Origin: Seison nebaliae
Lineage: Eukaryota
Reading direction: 5' to 3'
Assembly: GCA_023231475.1 (NCBI GenBank)
Contig: JALJEE010002326.1
Span: 1-64,000 of the forward strand
DNA: 64,000 nucleotides
This document shows positions 40,760 to 55,633 of the stretch, piece after piece. Both the position numbers and the translations under genes were made by a program. Numbering within the stretch: the first letter of the stretch is position 1; every line of letters starts with the position of its first letter. The notes below the pieces were generated by a model. The model saw nothing but the letters and a program-made list of their open reading frames with translations, did not search any database and was not told where the DNA came from.

Positions 40760-40902
40760 TCCCTTACGGTCAGTGATAGGAGATCTCTATCTTTCATGAG
40801 ACGTATGTCTCAATCGTTGTGACGTTGGGAACGTGCATAGACCACTGCGGTACGCACGCCCCAATATAATTTCGTATCGAATGCGGAAACATTGTTTGCG
40901 GA
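40760..40902. ncRNA. Candidate structured RNA or element (unclassified)
   Basis: GC-rich intergenic island with three adjacent hairpins: 40775-40791, 40797-40812 and 40825-40864. GTCA/TGAC (40769-72/40820-23) closes the first two. Confidence 0.35.
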
Positions 40903-42557
40903 ATGATTTAAGAATAATTAATATCTATAGGGCAGTAAAATTGATGTATGTGTAAAAAGTGGAATTAGTCAGGATTAACATAAGTTAACGTTTTATTAGA
41001 CTGGGGAAAGACGAACTGATAAAGATTAAGTGATTTAAAATACGTAAGTTGTAAAATAACCAATATGGCTATTCACAATCAATATAGTGAAGAAGTGGAA
41101 GATTGGGGAAATGAGAATTTAACGACTATTATTTGTAATAATAATTTTATTAAAGAAAACAAACAGTTCCAAAAAGATTTAAATGAAATTTTCGTTTTCT
41201 TTCAGCTATCTCTCGTCGATATATAAATGAGTTTGAGAGATCAGTTAATTTGAGAATTAGTGGAAGAGAAAAATGCGAGAAGAGTAAATATTAGTGAATC
41301 GAATCGATTTTATTTGAGGAAAAATGAGAAAATTAGGAAAATTATAAATTCGGCAGCAATGCTCTGGAGAAAGTTCCGTCTCGTCCTCCTTGACACGATC
41401 ATTAACATGTTTATTGTTGTTGTTTGCATGTTCAACAGAGGAGATAGATATGCAGATAATTCTGAAAATGAAAGAAGAGTTGTTTAATGGAACGTTTAAT
41501 AATTAATTGAAAGCGGATCATTTTCAGATGTGAAGAAGAGAAAGAGACTTATTATTTCTTTGAAAGATATGTTTATGAGTCGACAGATAATAACGAATAA
41601 TCTGCATCCTTCAGATTGATGGAAATTAAAAAAATTGTCAACAAATGAAAGAAAGAAATGAAGCGATATTTTCGTTTGCTAATCTAATTTAAGTTGGAGA
41701 TAATTCCATTAAAATGAAATTAAAGAAATTTGTGAATAGCTGAAGAGAATATTTGATATAAGAAATTTGTTTATTAAAAATTTTCCGATATTCTATTCTC
41801 TGATTTTTGTGATGAGAAGAAGCAATTCTTCCACATGATGATGTTGATGTTGATGAAAAAGATATTTCTTTCCTTTTCCTAAACTTAACGAGAGATGAGG
41901 GAGAGAAATAGAATTCAAAACTGAGAAAGAAAGAGAACATGGAAACATAAAAATTGATACAAAGGATGGAGACAAAAGATGGAGAACATATGATGAAGAT
42001 TTAGGTTGAAGACTTAGGATGAAGACATAGGAAAAATAAGAAAAGAAGAAATAATTTGGAAGAAGGAAAAAAAATATTCTTGTCATTCTCTTTTCTTCGA
42101 TATGTCTTTTTGGATTGATCATCAGTAACAAATTGAACAGATCATACTCATTTTCATGTTTTTATATAAATTAACTTTTGTTGTTGTTGATGTTATTGTT
42201 TGATGGATGGATAGAATTGGTAATAAAATTGGTAATGGTAAATTGATAATGGGAGTTGATAATGAAAATTGAGAAATGGTAATAATAAGAATTGGTTATA
42301 GAATTGCTAAAGAGGAAAAATTGAAAAGAAGAAAAATTGAAAAGGGGAAAAATGGAAAAATGGAAAAAGGGGGAAATGGTAATGAGAAATAGAAATCGGG
42401 AAAAATTTACAAATAATTAAAGAGGAAAAAGATTAAATTGTTATTCTGGATTCTGGATTGTGGAGTATAAACTCTCAAATTGGTAAATTGAGTGAGTATT
42501 TTTTATTCCATAAAAGATCATTTGTGACGAATTCATTCTTTCAATCTTCACTGCTGA

Positions 42558-45500
42558 TTAATGTTTCCTTCTTAAACTGAACAACTTTCTACGAATACTA
42601 CTTCCCGGAGATCGTTTTCCACCTGATCCATTTTCACCTGAACCTTCTGCTGGTGCTGCTGATGGGAGAGTGGAAGCTCTTGTTGAAATCATTGATGGTT
42701 CATGAGCATTTTTAGATAAAGCATTAGCTGATATGACTTCGATCCAATCCAACATTGATCCTTCATCTTTCGCTTGGAATAGATATTGTTCGCCATCCAC
42801 AAAACTGAAAAAATAAAAGCTTATAGAAATATTTTTAAAAAATTTTTTTTGAACCTGATTTGGAAGACATTTGGTCGCTTCAAATAATCTACTGCACGTT
42901 CACAAATCACTCCACGTAACGATAATGCACCTCCTAATTTTTTACCCTAAAAAATTTGAAAATAATGATATATTGAGATAATGGGAAAAATGAAAAAATC
43001 TAACAGATCGTCGATGTTTGTTATCTTTATAGAAAATGATCTGATTGTCTTCTACAACGCAGAACATCTTTTCCCAAGATCGTTGTGATGCTCGCCGTTC
43101 CACTGATTCATATGTGTGTTTTCTCGTTAACATACCTTCTTTTGTCGCTATAAAAATAAAATTATTAAATAATTATAAATAAATAAAAATTCAAATAATA
43201 ATTTAACGTATTATGTCGGTTGAAGACGTTCCCTCCAAATGTTTCAATGATCCTGATGTGGATGTTGGAATTGGAACTTTAGTTGGACTTTGTAAATTCG
43301 ACGAGTCTCGTTCAATTAGAGACGATCGTTCCTTCATCATTCCACTACCATTCCGTTGCATAATATGTGGTGATGATTCTCCATATTTATCCGTGACATC
43401 AGTTCCATTTGTTTTTAATATATCGACAGAAATTGGAAATTTTTGAACGAAATCTTTCTTCACTGCATAAAAATCAGAAATAATTTCCTTCTCATTGAAT
43501 TCTTGAATTCCAAATTTGGTGGCATTATAAGATCGTACATCGATCTGTTGAGATTGTGCCCGTTTTTCCAATTTCGTCAATTTCTTCAAATCATCAAATC
43601 GTGGTCGTTGAGCGATTAATGCTTTTTGTGCTTCTTCATGTTTAGCAATTAAAGCTTCAACTGTAACGATCGAATCACCGAAAGTATCACCAGAGACATT
43701 TGGCTCATGAACATTTAACCATGCTTCGGCGATACTAGCATCTCTTGCCCACATATATGCTTCCAATAATAAATCAAGATCATCTCGTCGATTTTCCCAA
43801 ACTGTTAAAAATGTTATATTAATAATCATTAATTGGACACATTGCATTTGTACTTTCTTCAATGATCGATAAGGAATATTTGTTTTCTGAAGAATGTCCT
43901 TGCCCAAATTGAAACACGACGCCATACTCTCATGTTCGAGATCGCTTCGAATCGTTTCATGATGATTAATCATCAATTCAACCGCACTTACATCCAACGG
44001 TTTTTTTTGCATTTTCAATTTATGTTCGATATCCTCCACCCAAACATATAGATCACTTACTGAAATCCAGAATCGTCGTAAATCATCTTTGCTGGTGAGT
44101 GAACCTTCACGAGTCTTTGCTAAATCATTTAATTGTTGGAAAGATTTTAATAATTTCGACAATTTATTATCCATCGCTTCTCCTTCATCTCCACCATAAG
44201 CTTCACGTAACGTATTGTAGAATTGTTGAATTTCTTCAACCATTTTTTCGATCGGTTTCAATTCTACATCCATCCATTGTGTATGACGTCGAACAGCTGA
44301 TGAATATTTTACTGTGCCATTGCCAATCAAATCAGCAATTTCATCGTCTTCATTTTCTTCTTCATCAATTCCACTAATATCCTCTTCTTTTTCATTAAAA
44401 TTCAAATTTTTGAATGGTTTTAATTTTTTTTTCTTTTCTTTTCTCTTTAATTCGATTTGATTATCGTCCTCTAATGATGTATCGGCAAAAGTTAAGATGG
44501 AATCAGTATCATCATCATCGTTTATTTCGTCATCTTTTAAGAGTACTTTCTTCTCATCAATCATAGTAAGAGCGTCTTCACATTCTGCTAAGAATTTTCT
44601 TTGTTCATAAGCTGCTTGTAACATGGCTGATCGAGTTTTCATCAATTCCAACAATTCCTGCCAAACTTCCGAGACGTTATTTGTCCATTCTGAAATTTTA
44701 ATCGATTCAGGATGTGAAGCATCAATCAATTTGGAGCTTAATTGTCTCGCTCGATTAATATGTTCATTTCCAGTTGATCGAGTTTCATTAGCAAAATCAT
44801 CGAAACGTTCTCGAAGGACAATGATTTGATCTAAATCATGACCGACATCATGTGAACTCGCTACCAATTCTCGTTCAGCGATCCATTGTTCCAAATCATC
44901 AAATTCTCCTTGTAATTCCCAGAGTTGGATGGCATATGTCAATTGTTCTTCACGATTATCGATGGTACGTGCAAACTCCTCCATTAAATCACCATATCGA
45001 TCTAATCGATCTGTCATTTCTTCTTGGAAATGATCATTCTGTTTCTTTGTCAAATATCCACTTTCTGTACCTCCTTCTTCCACATCATTCAATGGTATCG
45101 TTACCATTATATCAATTACTTCTTTTATTTCATTTTCATTCTCTTCGTATGATGGAGTGAATGTATCAGAAATCATATTTTTATGATCATTCGTATGAGA
45201 TAATAATGATTTGGCAGCATTAATATCTTGACCAATTTCACATGTCATCAATCCACCTTGGACTTCTTTAATGAAGAAAGACATTCCATCTAATCGAGTA
45301 CAAATTTCATCAATTCGTTTCACCAAATTTGCCGTTTCGATTTTTTTCTTCAATTCATTCTTCATTTCATCCCATTCCTCTATTAATTTCTCCAAATTAT
45401 CTTTGAATTCTTCACATTGTGTTGGTCGTTCTTGACATATATCTTCGTTATCTTTCCTGATATTATCAATCACTTGTTCATGACTATTTATCTCATCTTG

Positions 45501-48500
45501 AAGAGTGACAAGTCGTTGAACATGATTATCGATATGATCTAAATTATCGAAAATATTCGATTCAATTTGAATTTTCTTTTCATTAATCCAATCCGTTTCA
45601 TCATCAATATCTTGCAAATATTGATGGATACGTCGAATTTCATCTAATCTCTTTCGACGTTCTTCGATAGGTGATCGAAGTTCACTAAGTTTTTCCATCA
45701 CCGTTTTCTGATATCCTTCGATCTCTTCACGTCGTTCTGGTTCTTTCTCTTTCAATTGATCAGCTTGTTCTAAAATCTTTTTCACTTGATCTTCTCTCGT
45801 CAATAACTCATTTTCCATTTTCTTCTGTTTCACAATCTCATTATCAGCTTGTGTTAAACTTCTGATATTATCATCAGGAGTTTGTGTGAGAGTACCTGTC
45901 GATTTTTGCATTTTCTCAATCCAATGATTAATATCATCTGCACTTTGTTCGAATAGAGTGGCACGATTAGCTTCAAATAATCGTTCAGCATTCACTCTCA
46001 ATTTCCCATTAGTCTCATCCCAAATATTTTGCAAATTCCCCATATCATTTCGCATTCCATTCAATTTCTCTTCACTAATATTAAATTGATTCTCCTTCTT
46101 CAATTCCATCAAATGCTCTCCTGTTTCTAAAAGATTACATAATTGTTCACGATTCGCTGTCAATTCACCTTCATAAGCTTGATGTCTTAAAAATTTCAAT
46201 TGAAGTGATTTAGCTTCTCGATAAGACGGATCTTCACTTGCCATTTGAGCACGTTCATCAATCCATTGAGTGAATTCACCGATTTGTTGTCGATAATCAT
46301 AATATGAATGCCAATTAGTTAATTGATTTTCAGCATTTTCAGCGTGTTGTTGATTTATTAACGATTTATTCTCTAACAATTTCAATTTCTCAACAATTTC
46401 CGGTTCCATTTCTTGATAATTTGACAAATCTTCACCAAATTGTAATGCGGTATCGACAGCTGCTTTCGACGTTTTTGAAATTGAACTGATATAATCTTGA
46501 TATTTCTTCTCTAACTCTTGAACATGTTCCAATGAAATTGGTTCAACATTAAATTCATTCAAATCTTGTTCCTCTTTTAAAAGTAAATTATTCGCTTTCT
46601 CATAATCACGATTGAACAATTCGAGTTGTACGGCATTCGTTAACAATAATTGACGTTCGTTCCATTTCTCTTGTAATTCCACCCAACTATTATTCATGGA
46701 TTTCAAACGTTCTGATAAAAATCGATATTGAGGATCGTCTTCTTCCGAAGCATTCTCCAACACTTTTGATCCATGTTCTAATAATCTCATTGCTTCATCT
46801 GAATGTGTTGTAATTTCATCACGAACTGACGAATGAGAATTTAAAGCTCGTTCAATTTCACTCAATTCATTTGGTACATCACTCGACATAACCGTTCGTT
46901 GTGTGGGTGTTAACCAATTTGAAAATACATCGAGATCTCGAAGAAAATCTTGTAATGCTTTTGCTTCTCCCAATTCATCATCACGACGACGTCGAATCGA
47001 TTGTAAGAGTGCCCATCGTTTCTCAATTAATTGCATCAATTTTTCAGCATCATCACGTTTCTCTGGTTGTTTCTCAGCTAATTCCAATGAAGCTTCCTCT
47101 AATGTATTAATCTTCTTTTGAATTACACCCAAATCACATTCAACACTTGCCATTCTTCGTTGCAATTGCATGACACCAGCGAGATCTTGTTTCAATTCTT
47201 CAGTCGATTCCACAACATGAATTTTATCTTCAATCCATTTAACAGTTTCTTTACATTCAATCTCATAATTTCGATGTCGAGTCAAAGCGGCCAATGTTTC
47301 TTTCTTCTCATCAATTAATCGTCTCAATTCTGCCCATTTCTCATTGATACGTCGTCGACGATTATCAATTTCTTCCACCATCGGATGATTCTGTTGTTGC
47401 ATACAACGTCCTTGTTGAACACAAGAAGCGACACGACTCGCCACTCCCACCATATCATTCTCTAACGAATCGAATCGATGTTGTAAAACATCAATTCCTT
47501 CAGATGGTTGTATTTCTGATGGTTTTTTTTCATCATCTTCTCCATTATCTTCATGACTGATATCATCAACTAAATCATCAGTTTTTTCTGATTCATCAAA
47601 CATTGATGAAACGAATCGAATTCGTTCATCTAACAACGCTTCCAAACCATCAGAATTCGTGGTAAATTGATGATATTCGATTGTATCGAATAATTCTACT
47701 CTCTTTAATTTCATCATATCATTCGTCAAATTAATTTTATCATCCAATTTTTGACCTAATGCCAATAATTCGTTGGATTCCGCTTCATAATCCATCGTAT
47801 TCGATAAATAATCATTCGTCAATAATTGTTCCTCTTCCACCGTATACATTCCTCTGGGAAGATAAGGAGTTTCTTTTTTCGCTGTCTCATTTTCCAATTT
47901 CTCCTTTTGACATTTCAATTCGTGAACAACTTCAAATATTTTATCTTTCATCAATCGAATATGTTCCTCATATTTCGGCAATTCATCTTCTCGTTGTTCG
48001 ATCTTTTTCAAATAAGATTTTCTCGCTGCTTCATCTCGATTCAAATCTGAATCTAATAATTCTAACGATTTTGTCATTCCATCTAATATATAACCAGTAT
48101 CTTCGATATCATTCTTTAATTGATGAAGATTCATTTTATCTTTTAACATTCCACCACGTCCTTGAATCACTTCAATCAATTTCTTCCATAAACGTCCCAA
48201 ACGTTCATCACATGTATCCACCTGCATAATACATCTTAATGATGGTATGAAACTTTCATTTCGTTCCATCAATTTCTTTCCTTCTTCCTTCAAATCATCT
48301 AATCGTCCAGTACGAGAATTGATTTGATCCTCCAAAATCTGATGACGATTCAAAGCGATTTGTGTTCGATTTTGATCGAGACAAATTTCATTTAATAATT
48401 TCCTCGTCATTTCCGGAGATAATTCTCTCAATGTGTCACATACCCATTGAATTTCCACGGCCATATTCCACAAATGTTTCCATGTATCGATTCCTAGTGC

Positions 48501-50822
48501 TAATTTTTCACTTTTCACTTTCATCTCATTTTTCAAATGATCTAAATTATTTTCCAATTCGTTATTGATATTTAATAATTGTTCGGAAGTGATCGGTCGC
48601 CATCCAGAAATTTCTACGACGTTCGATATATCACAATTCTCTTGTCCTGCATCACGACCATCAATTGATCGTCCTTCAATGAATGAATGTAAAACGGCCA
48701 AATCTTTCTTCACCAAATCTTCACAAACATTCATATCACTCAAACTCAATTCATGTCGTTTCACCAAATCTTCCACCGCATGTAAATGAGTACCTTCAGC
48801 TGGTTCTTCTTTCAATTGTTTCGATTTGGCTTCGATCATTTTCAAAGTTTCAAACGCATGATCTACTGCTCGATATACTTGTTCAGTTAATGTCAATTTA
48901 GTGGAACGAATTCTAATTAATTCGATTAAATAACTCCACATACGATCGACATTTTTCATTCGATTATTTATCTTTTTCACATCATGATATTCTTCTCCAA
49001 AAAGATCACCACAAATTTGACGTAATGCTTCTATTCGTTCTTCAAATGAATTGACATCAGTTAATAATGCTTGTTGTTTTTGGAGAGCTGCATTGACACG
49101 ATCCAATGAATGACCAAATTGATCTTTCGATACTAATTTCTGTGTATCTCCTAACCATTTTTCTCTCATTGCCGCTTTCCGATTAAATTTCGCTGCTAAT
49201 TGATCTAATTTCTCTTGTTTCTGTAATTCTTCTTTCAATGCCAAATCACGAGAATGTTCTGCTGATTCTAAACGTGCCCAAGCACGTGCAATATCCGTTA
49301 TCAATAAACCGTTTGGAGGAACATACAATTTCGTACAAAATAATCGGAGACTTGCTTGAATGGAGAAGAGAAGTAAATCTAATTGACCTTTCTCAGCAAA
49401 TTTGGGCGCTTTCTCTGTCACACGGAATGCATTGAATTCCGTTAATTGTTCCTGAACTCCTTTCACTGTCGTTGCAAAAGTTCGTTCGTTCAATTCGATA
49501 ATTTTCTTATCAATCCATTCCAATAAAGCAGTGGAAGTAATCTCATATTTGTGTTGCATTCGTTTTACTTCGATCAATTCTTCTAATAATCCACCGACAC
49601 GTTTCGCGTGAATTTTCTCCTCTCTCAATTTCCTTAAAGATTGATAAAGTGTGAAACAATATGTCATAATCGATCGATCATCAGGATATTCTACCGCTAC
49701 ATCATCAGGATCTAATAATGATGGAACACCTAATGTTTCAGCTGCAGCGAATGCTTGTTCCAAATTAATTTTCGGTTGTTGTTTTAAAACTTTCGAATAA
49801 TCGATCAATTCTGGTTTATGTCGATGAAGAATGGCATTAAATGCTTTACCATCACGCCACGATGTTGAGAAATTGAAAATGTTGACATCTTCATAATCCT
49901 TCGATTTTATCTGACACCATAACAATAGATATTGTCGAGCTAATCTTAAATTATCCGCAGCACGTCGTCGCGATTCTTCTTCATATTTCCCACTTCCTGT
50001 TTTTTCATTGGAAACGAATGGTTTTCCTTTACGAGATGATTTATCTGATCTCATCTCTTTCTTTATATCTTTCAATTTCGATTTGTCACTATCGATTGAT
50101 GTTTTACTTATACCAATTGGCACGTCATCCGATCCTTCTTTTCCATCGATTACTGTTGCTGATTCGGTTGTTGTTCCATCTCCACTTAATTCCGAAGTAA
50201 TATATCCTCCTCTTACATCTTTATCTATTCGCTCATGTTGTTGTCGATATTGTTCATATTCGTCAATGGAATGTGCGTCATCTACTGGTAATTTCGTCAT
50301 TTCTCCGTCATCGTTCATAATTATGATTTCCGTAATTTGAAATCGTAAAATAATCGTCCATATTAAGCCGAGAGTAATTCGCGGGTTACCGTCAACAATG
50401 TCGTGAGCACCTGTGTTTGAAAAGAACACCATTTGACTTTGGAGGAAAGCTAAAGCTTTATCCACATTTTCTAGACAATGAATTCTCATTCGACCGCGAG
50501 TGGGAGGTGGTAATTTGATTCCTGAGAGTAATTGGAGTAATTCCAATAAAATTCTTCCATCTCTCAAATCGGTGAAGAGATCCTTGATTTGCAATTTCAC
50601 ATTGGTCAGATGCATGTTGCACCATCGAGTAAATGTTCGTTTTTGAACTTTCTCTCGTTCATGAATCATCGCTTGAATGCGATTCCGTTCGAATAATCGT
50701 CCACGCGATTGCTCCTCTTCCAATTCCGCCACATGCTCCGCTGTGCATCCACCATTCTGATACATAGTATCATTCGAATGTCCGTTCGCCAACACAGGGA
50801 GTGAACCATCTATCGTCGTCAT
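42558..50822 (-). CDS. Beta-spectrin: tandem CH domains, spectrin repeats and a C-terminal PH domain; one ~7.6-kb exon plus 3 small exons
   Basis: LFERNRIQAMIHEREKVQKRTFTRWCN, KLPPPTRGRMRIHCLENVDKAL, DIVDGNPRITLGLIWTIILRFQI and NFSTSWRDG. PH domain EGMLTRKHTYE..ASQRSWEK..DYLKRPNVFQI..YLFQAKDE..W. Confidence 0.95.
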
Positions 50823-53649
50823 AATAAAAATCGGAGCGATAGGATAAACAAAACACTAATTGATTATATCTGAATAGAATAAATCTTCCAATGGTTGATG
50901 ATAGATTGTTAGAGAACGATAGACATAAGAAATTCCCTCACACCACCAAAATAAATAAATTTTTCGTTCTCTTCTTGAAAATAGTTTGAAAATGTTTCCG
51001 GAGTTTTCAGCGCACACTGACGCACACACATACACACGTACTCACAGCTCGTTGTGTTGTTGTCACAAATGAAAATAAATTAAAAAGATAAAATTGTCGA
51101 TTCGTTTCACAATCTCGCAACTACAAAAAAGATATCTAAATGAAAATCAACGAAAATTTTAAAAGAAATTTAATTTAAATTAATTCTCAAAATAAAATTA
51201 TTCTCTTAAAATTGTTTGGGGAGGAGAAAGAGACATCTCCAAAATAAAATTGAAACTTTCAACAACAATTGACGTGTTTAAAAAAAAATGTAAATAATAT
51301 TATTCATATTGTCCACTCAATTAAATAATGACTCGTTGACTGAATGATCTATTTACATTCAATGATAAATTGAAATGATAAATAGCTTGGAAAATAATAA
51401 TAAACGTCCCTCGCTCTATTCTTCACAGTTATAAATGAGAAAAAAAAGGGAATGAAATTTGTAAACAATAAAAAATGTTCTTCAATTTTTCTCCTTCCAC
51501 TCCGATCAGATCATTTCAAATGGACAAGATTGAGAGAGAGGAGAGACAATAATTTCGAATCATTCCCCATCAGACAACACGTTAACTTTTATTAACGACA
51601 ATACTTCGAGAAGAAGACCATCATTTGGTCATTCGAAGAAACCTCTAACTAATTTTGGAGGCCTTGTAAAATTTTAAAAATGATTTGAGGAAATGAAGAG
51701 TTGCGGAGTGAAAACATAACAAGTTAATTATAATTACTCATTGAGACAATTCCAACAATTCATATCGAAAGAAGGAAAAAAATGGACTGATTAATTCACA
51801 ATAATTAAAAAATGAACTTTGTACAAATATTTAATAGGAAGAGGAAGACACATATGAGAATGGCTATCTCAAACCAACAAGAATTTGTATGACTCAAACA
51901 TGAACCAAATATATATGTCGCTGCCACTGTCTGTGTGTATGATTAAGAAGAGGAAAATAAATTGCTTCTGAAGTGAAGAAATTAGGAGAGAATTGCCCTA
52001 GTCTGATATATGTGGCGATAAAGAAAAAAAAAGAAATGCAAAAAATTTCTTCTCTGCATTACTACTATTATCTCTTTCACTTACAGCTACATACATATTC
52101 CTTCTTCTTCTCTTATCTTTTTTCTTTCTGAGGAAATTTATTCTTTCCATTCAATAAATTCGCACATATACATATTTATATATGTGTGTATACACATGTA
52201 TGTATATATTATTTGTGTTGGTGTATAAACATACAATTAATTCTATTCTCTTCATGAGAAACTGAATAGTTAGGATTCATGTATATGCATGTGGTTATAC
52301 ACAATTGAATTATTAATTTTTCAACAGAATATAGCCACGTACAACTCTTCATCAGCCATAGTAAATCGACCAACTTTCCCTTTAACCAAAACATTTTCTT
52401 CCTCATTCTCATCAACTATTCATCACCATTCGTCGTGCTTTGCTAATGAATATTGGATGATGAAAAGAGATTTTCTCTATCCTCCCCAAATAAATCATTT
52501 GTTTGTAGGACGACCAATAATTTATAGTTGTTTCTCGAAACAATTTCTCGATCATTTCATCTCTCCAAATGTGTAAAATGTGGTTCGCTCCAAAGTAGAA
52601 CATTCTCGCACAACCAATTATTACAACTACCCATATCATCACTAGTCATCGAAAGAAATTGGGGAATAAACTCAATTTTCTTTTCCATCAAAATTTCCAT
52701 TATTTAATTTTGAGAGAGTCCGTTTGCAATTAAGGAATGAACATTCTTCTTCTGCTTCCATTCGGATAGTTTACGAAAGTTTTCCCTCCTAACCAAGTCG
52801 TTTCAAAGGGAAATTGTATCAATTCTAATTCTAAGCTCTTCATTTTGGTAATGTCCTGATTCTCCAATTACACACACACATCCCCATTTGTTTATCTAAT
52901 CAACTCTGTTCTCTTGTTGGCAACTCTCTGTTTTCCATTTTGAGGTGATCGATCAATTGATTCTGTTGAACATCAGCCATCCATATGTATCATCGGAACA
53001 TGAAGTAGTAAATGGAAAATGATTTACCCACCATATAATCATTGATTGAGTGATTTATCGTGTGAGTAGGTATGAGAGAAGTTCCCCATTGTTTCTCCAT
53101 CCACAAATAAATCCCCTTTCTTAACCGAGAGACTAATGGCCAATATTGTATATTATCATTCTTCCATCGAATATTCGCATTCTTATCTGTCATTCATTTG
53201 AATGTTATTCCTTTAATTTGTCATAAAAATTCCTCTTCTTGAGGAGCAAATGATATCGCATGAACATTATTCATCTCTAACACTTGAAGAAGAGAAGTTA
53301 TATCATTCCAATTTGGGATCACAGGTCTTCCTTCATGTCACTTAATATAGAACTGGACCTAATAATATATGTTGAGATTAGTATGGAAGAATAAATGTAA
53401 AGAATAAAGTGAGATATGTTCTCTCTATATTATATATTGAATGGAAAATAAAATATGGAAGAAAACTTATGCGCGAAACTGTTTTCTACATTATAAATCA
53501 TCTAATATCATCTATCCTTATAAGTATTGCTTTTCAATTTGCTAAGTGGGAATGAGTACGTGGCAAACAAGTCCGTTACGATTTGATGACGTTGCATTAA
53601 TCCTCTCTGAAATGCACTAAAAACGCATATTGACACGTCATTGATGACG

Positions 53650-53900
53650 TGGCGGAAATTTCCGTTGAGAATCAGTTGACCTGAAATATATCTTATTAGG
53701 AAGTTTGACATTCAGGAAATTCCATTTCCATCGACCGGAAATAGATTCAGGATTATCCTTTAGAAATTCAGGAAATTTCATTTCCTGAATCAGAGAACTA
53801 TCCTTTTAGAAAACCATTGACCGGAAATATACCAATTTAGGAAGTCCGATAGTTCGGAAATATCATTTTTTGAATCTTAAAATGATCTTTTTAAGAAATC
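53650..53900. repeat. Degenerate short-repeat cluster (CGGAAAT/CAGGAAATT, TTGACCGGAAATATA..TTAGGAAGT); probable transposon remnant
   Basis: TTGACCTGAAATATA..TTAGGAAGT near 53676 recurs near 53817. TTCAGGAAATT..CATTTCC and TATCCTTT.AGAAA each occur twice. Confidence 0.5.
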
Positions 53901-54410
53901 GGATTGGAGCATTATGAGTTCCAGCAAATAATTGGGATTACTCACGTTTAGATTAGCTTCTTAGTTCTCGAAATCCCGAATCTCCAAACACCGATATGTG
54001 TTGGAATCCTCCGTGTGCTCGATCTTTGAATTGTTATATTATATGAATGATCCATGTCTACGGAGAAAGAATCGACATTAAAGAGAATGTCTCAAAATGT
54101 TCCAGTGTGTCAATTCGTCCAATTTCCGTCCATATAACCCGACCAAATACAGTTCGACCATTGTCCCGCTGGTCCATCTAGTTCACGTCATTGGTTGATG
54201 TATAAAGCAACTTGCGTTTCAAAAAAATTCATGAGAATTTCATTCGACTTGCTACTCGGAAAATATTCCATTGGATGAAGGTGAAAAAATTTCATTTCTT
54301 AAAATGAAGTGGAAGTGAAAAGAAGCATTGAGAAAAATTTTAAGGATGAGGGATTGCTCTATTATATAGATGAGATATAAAATTAAAGTGAAATTATTCC
54401 ATCAAAAAAC

Positions 54411-54460
54411 TTAAAACTGACTCTTAAAATTAACCTTTAAAACTGACTCTTAAAACTGAC
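54411..54460. repeat. 13-bp tandem repeat (TTAAAACTGACTC) x4
   Basis: Read directly; the second copy has substitutions. Confidence 0.75.
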
Positions 54461-55633
54461 GTAGATTAAATCAAATTTAATTTGAATTATAATGAGATTA
54501 TTGAAAAATTATTCAAATTTCTTTATTTCGATTCTTGGCTTAATATAATTTAATTGTTGTAAAATAAAAATTCTGAAAAATTGTTGAAAATTGTTTTGGC
54601 CTCTTTTTTGAATTTAAATTATGGCCAAAATTTTTTTCACATCAATGAACATAATTTTCATATCTTATTCATTCCCTTCAGATGGATTAAATACAATCAC
54701 AAATAGATCGATCTAATTGTCGAATGAAATTAACAACAATTAATTAATAATTTTGAAACAAATTGTAAGATTAATTGTAACAGAACGTTTTTAAAATGAG
54801 AGGATGCAGAAAATGAGAAAGAGGGTGATTTTTTCTATAAAGTCTATTCCTCTCTGGAATTCATTTAGAATTTTTAATTGAATAAAATGATTACAAAAAA
54901 GTTCACAAGTGAAAGATTTTTTCTGACAATTGTGACTCACAATTTCTGAGTAACAATTTCTTAACAATTAGTAAAAATTTGTATTTTATTTATAATATTT
55001 AGTTTCAGATTTTAATATTCTGCTCAACGACCAATCGTTGACGATCTAGTCTTTTTTCAATTTTATGTTTTGAACATATGAAGCAATTGACATTAGTAAT
55101 TGACTTATGAAATGAATATTACGCATCGTTTTTCAAGAAAAATAAAAATTGAATTTCTAAAAGTTTAGATTCGCTTAGAACAATTGTTAAATTCTACTTT
55201 AGAGTAAATATATTATTATATCTTTTTTTAGTTTTTCACAATTTTTTAGATAATGTCTTAATTTCCAATTTGAAATCTTACAAGATTAGATGTTAGATTT
55301 TATTACTGAATAATTTACTTTTTTTAATATTACGAAGAAAACCAAAGCATTTAGACTAATGTTCTTTTTTAATTTATACAAATTTCAGAAATAAATCCCA
55401 TAATATCAAATAGAAATTAGATAACTATAAATGGAAACAACATAATTTTATCAGATGTAGATCTGAAGATATTTCGTAAAAAATCGTAGTCAAATTCGGA
55501 TGAATTGTAAAAAACAATTTATAAAATAGAGCATGTTTAGAAAATTGAAAAGAAATTTCTATTTTAAAAATTTAGCTTCTTCAGAAGAACAACAACAACA
55601 GAAAGTTGTATAATCGAATTGTGATTATAAAAG

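Noticed and set aside
40760..40902. U1 snRNA, tRNA or an active hammerhead ribozyme
   Set aside because: There is no ATACTTACC, U1-70K loop (GATCACGAAG) or U1A loop (ATTGCAC). It lacks a cloverleaf and T-loop, and it lacks the hammerhead CUGANGA core. Kept only as unclassified.
41260..42500. ORFs and a purine-rich low-complexity tract downstream of spectrin
   Set aside because: Probably spectrin 3' UTR or intergenic low-complexity sequence; the Phe/Leu-rich translations reflect base composition.
43213..50340. Many plus-strand ORFs inside spectrin, and antisense ORFs inside the kinesins, USP-like gene and gephyrin
   Set aside because: They are antisense shadows of long real coding sequences.
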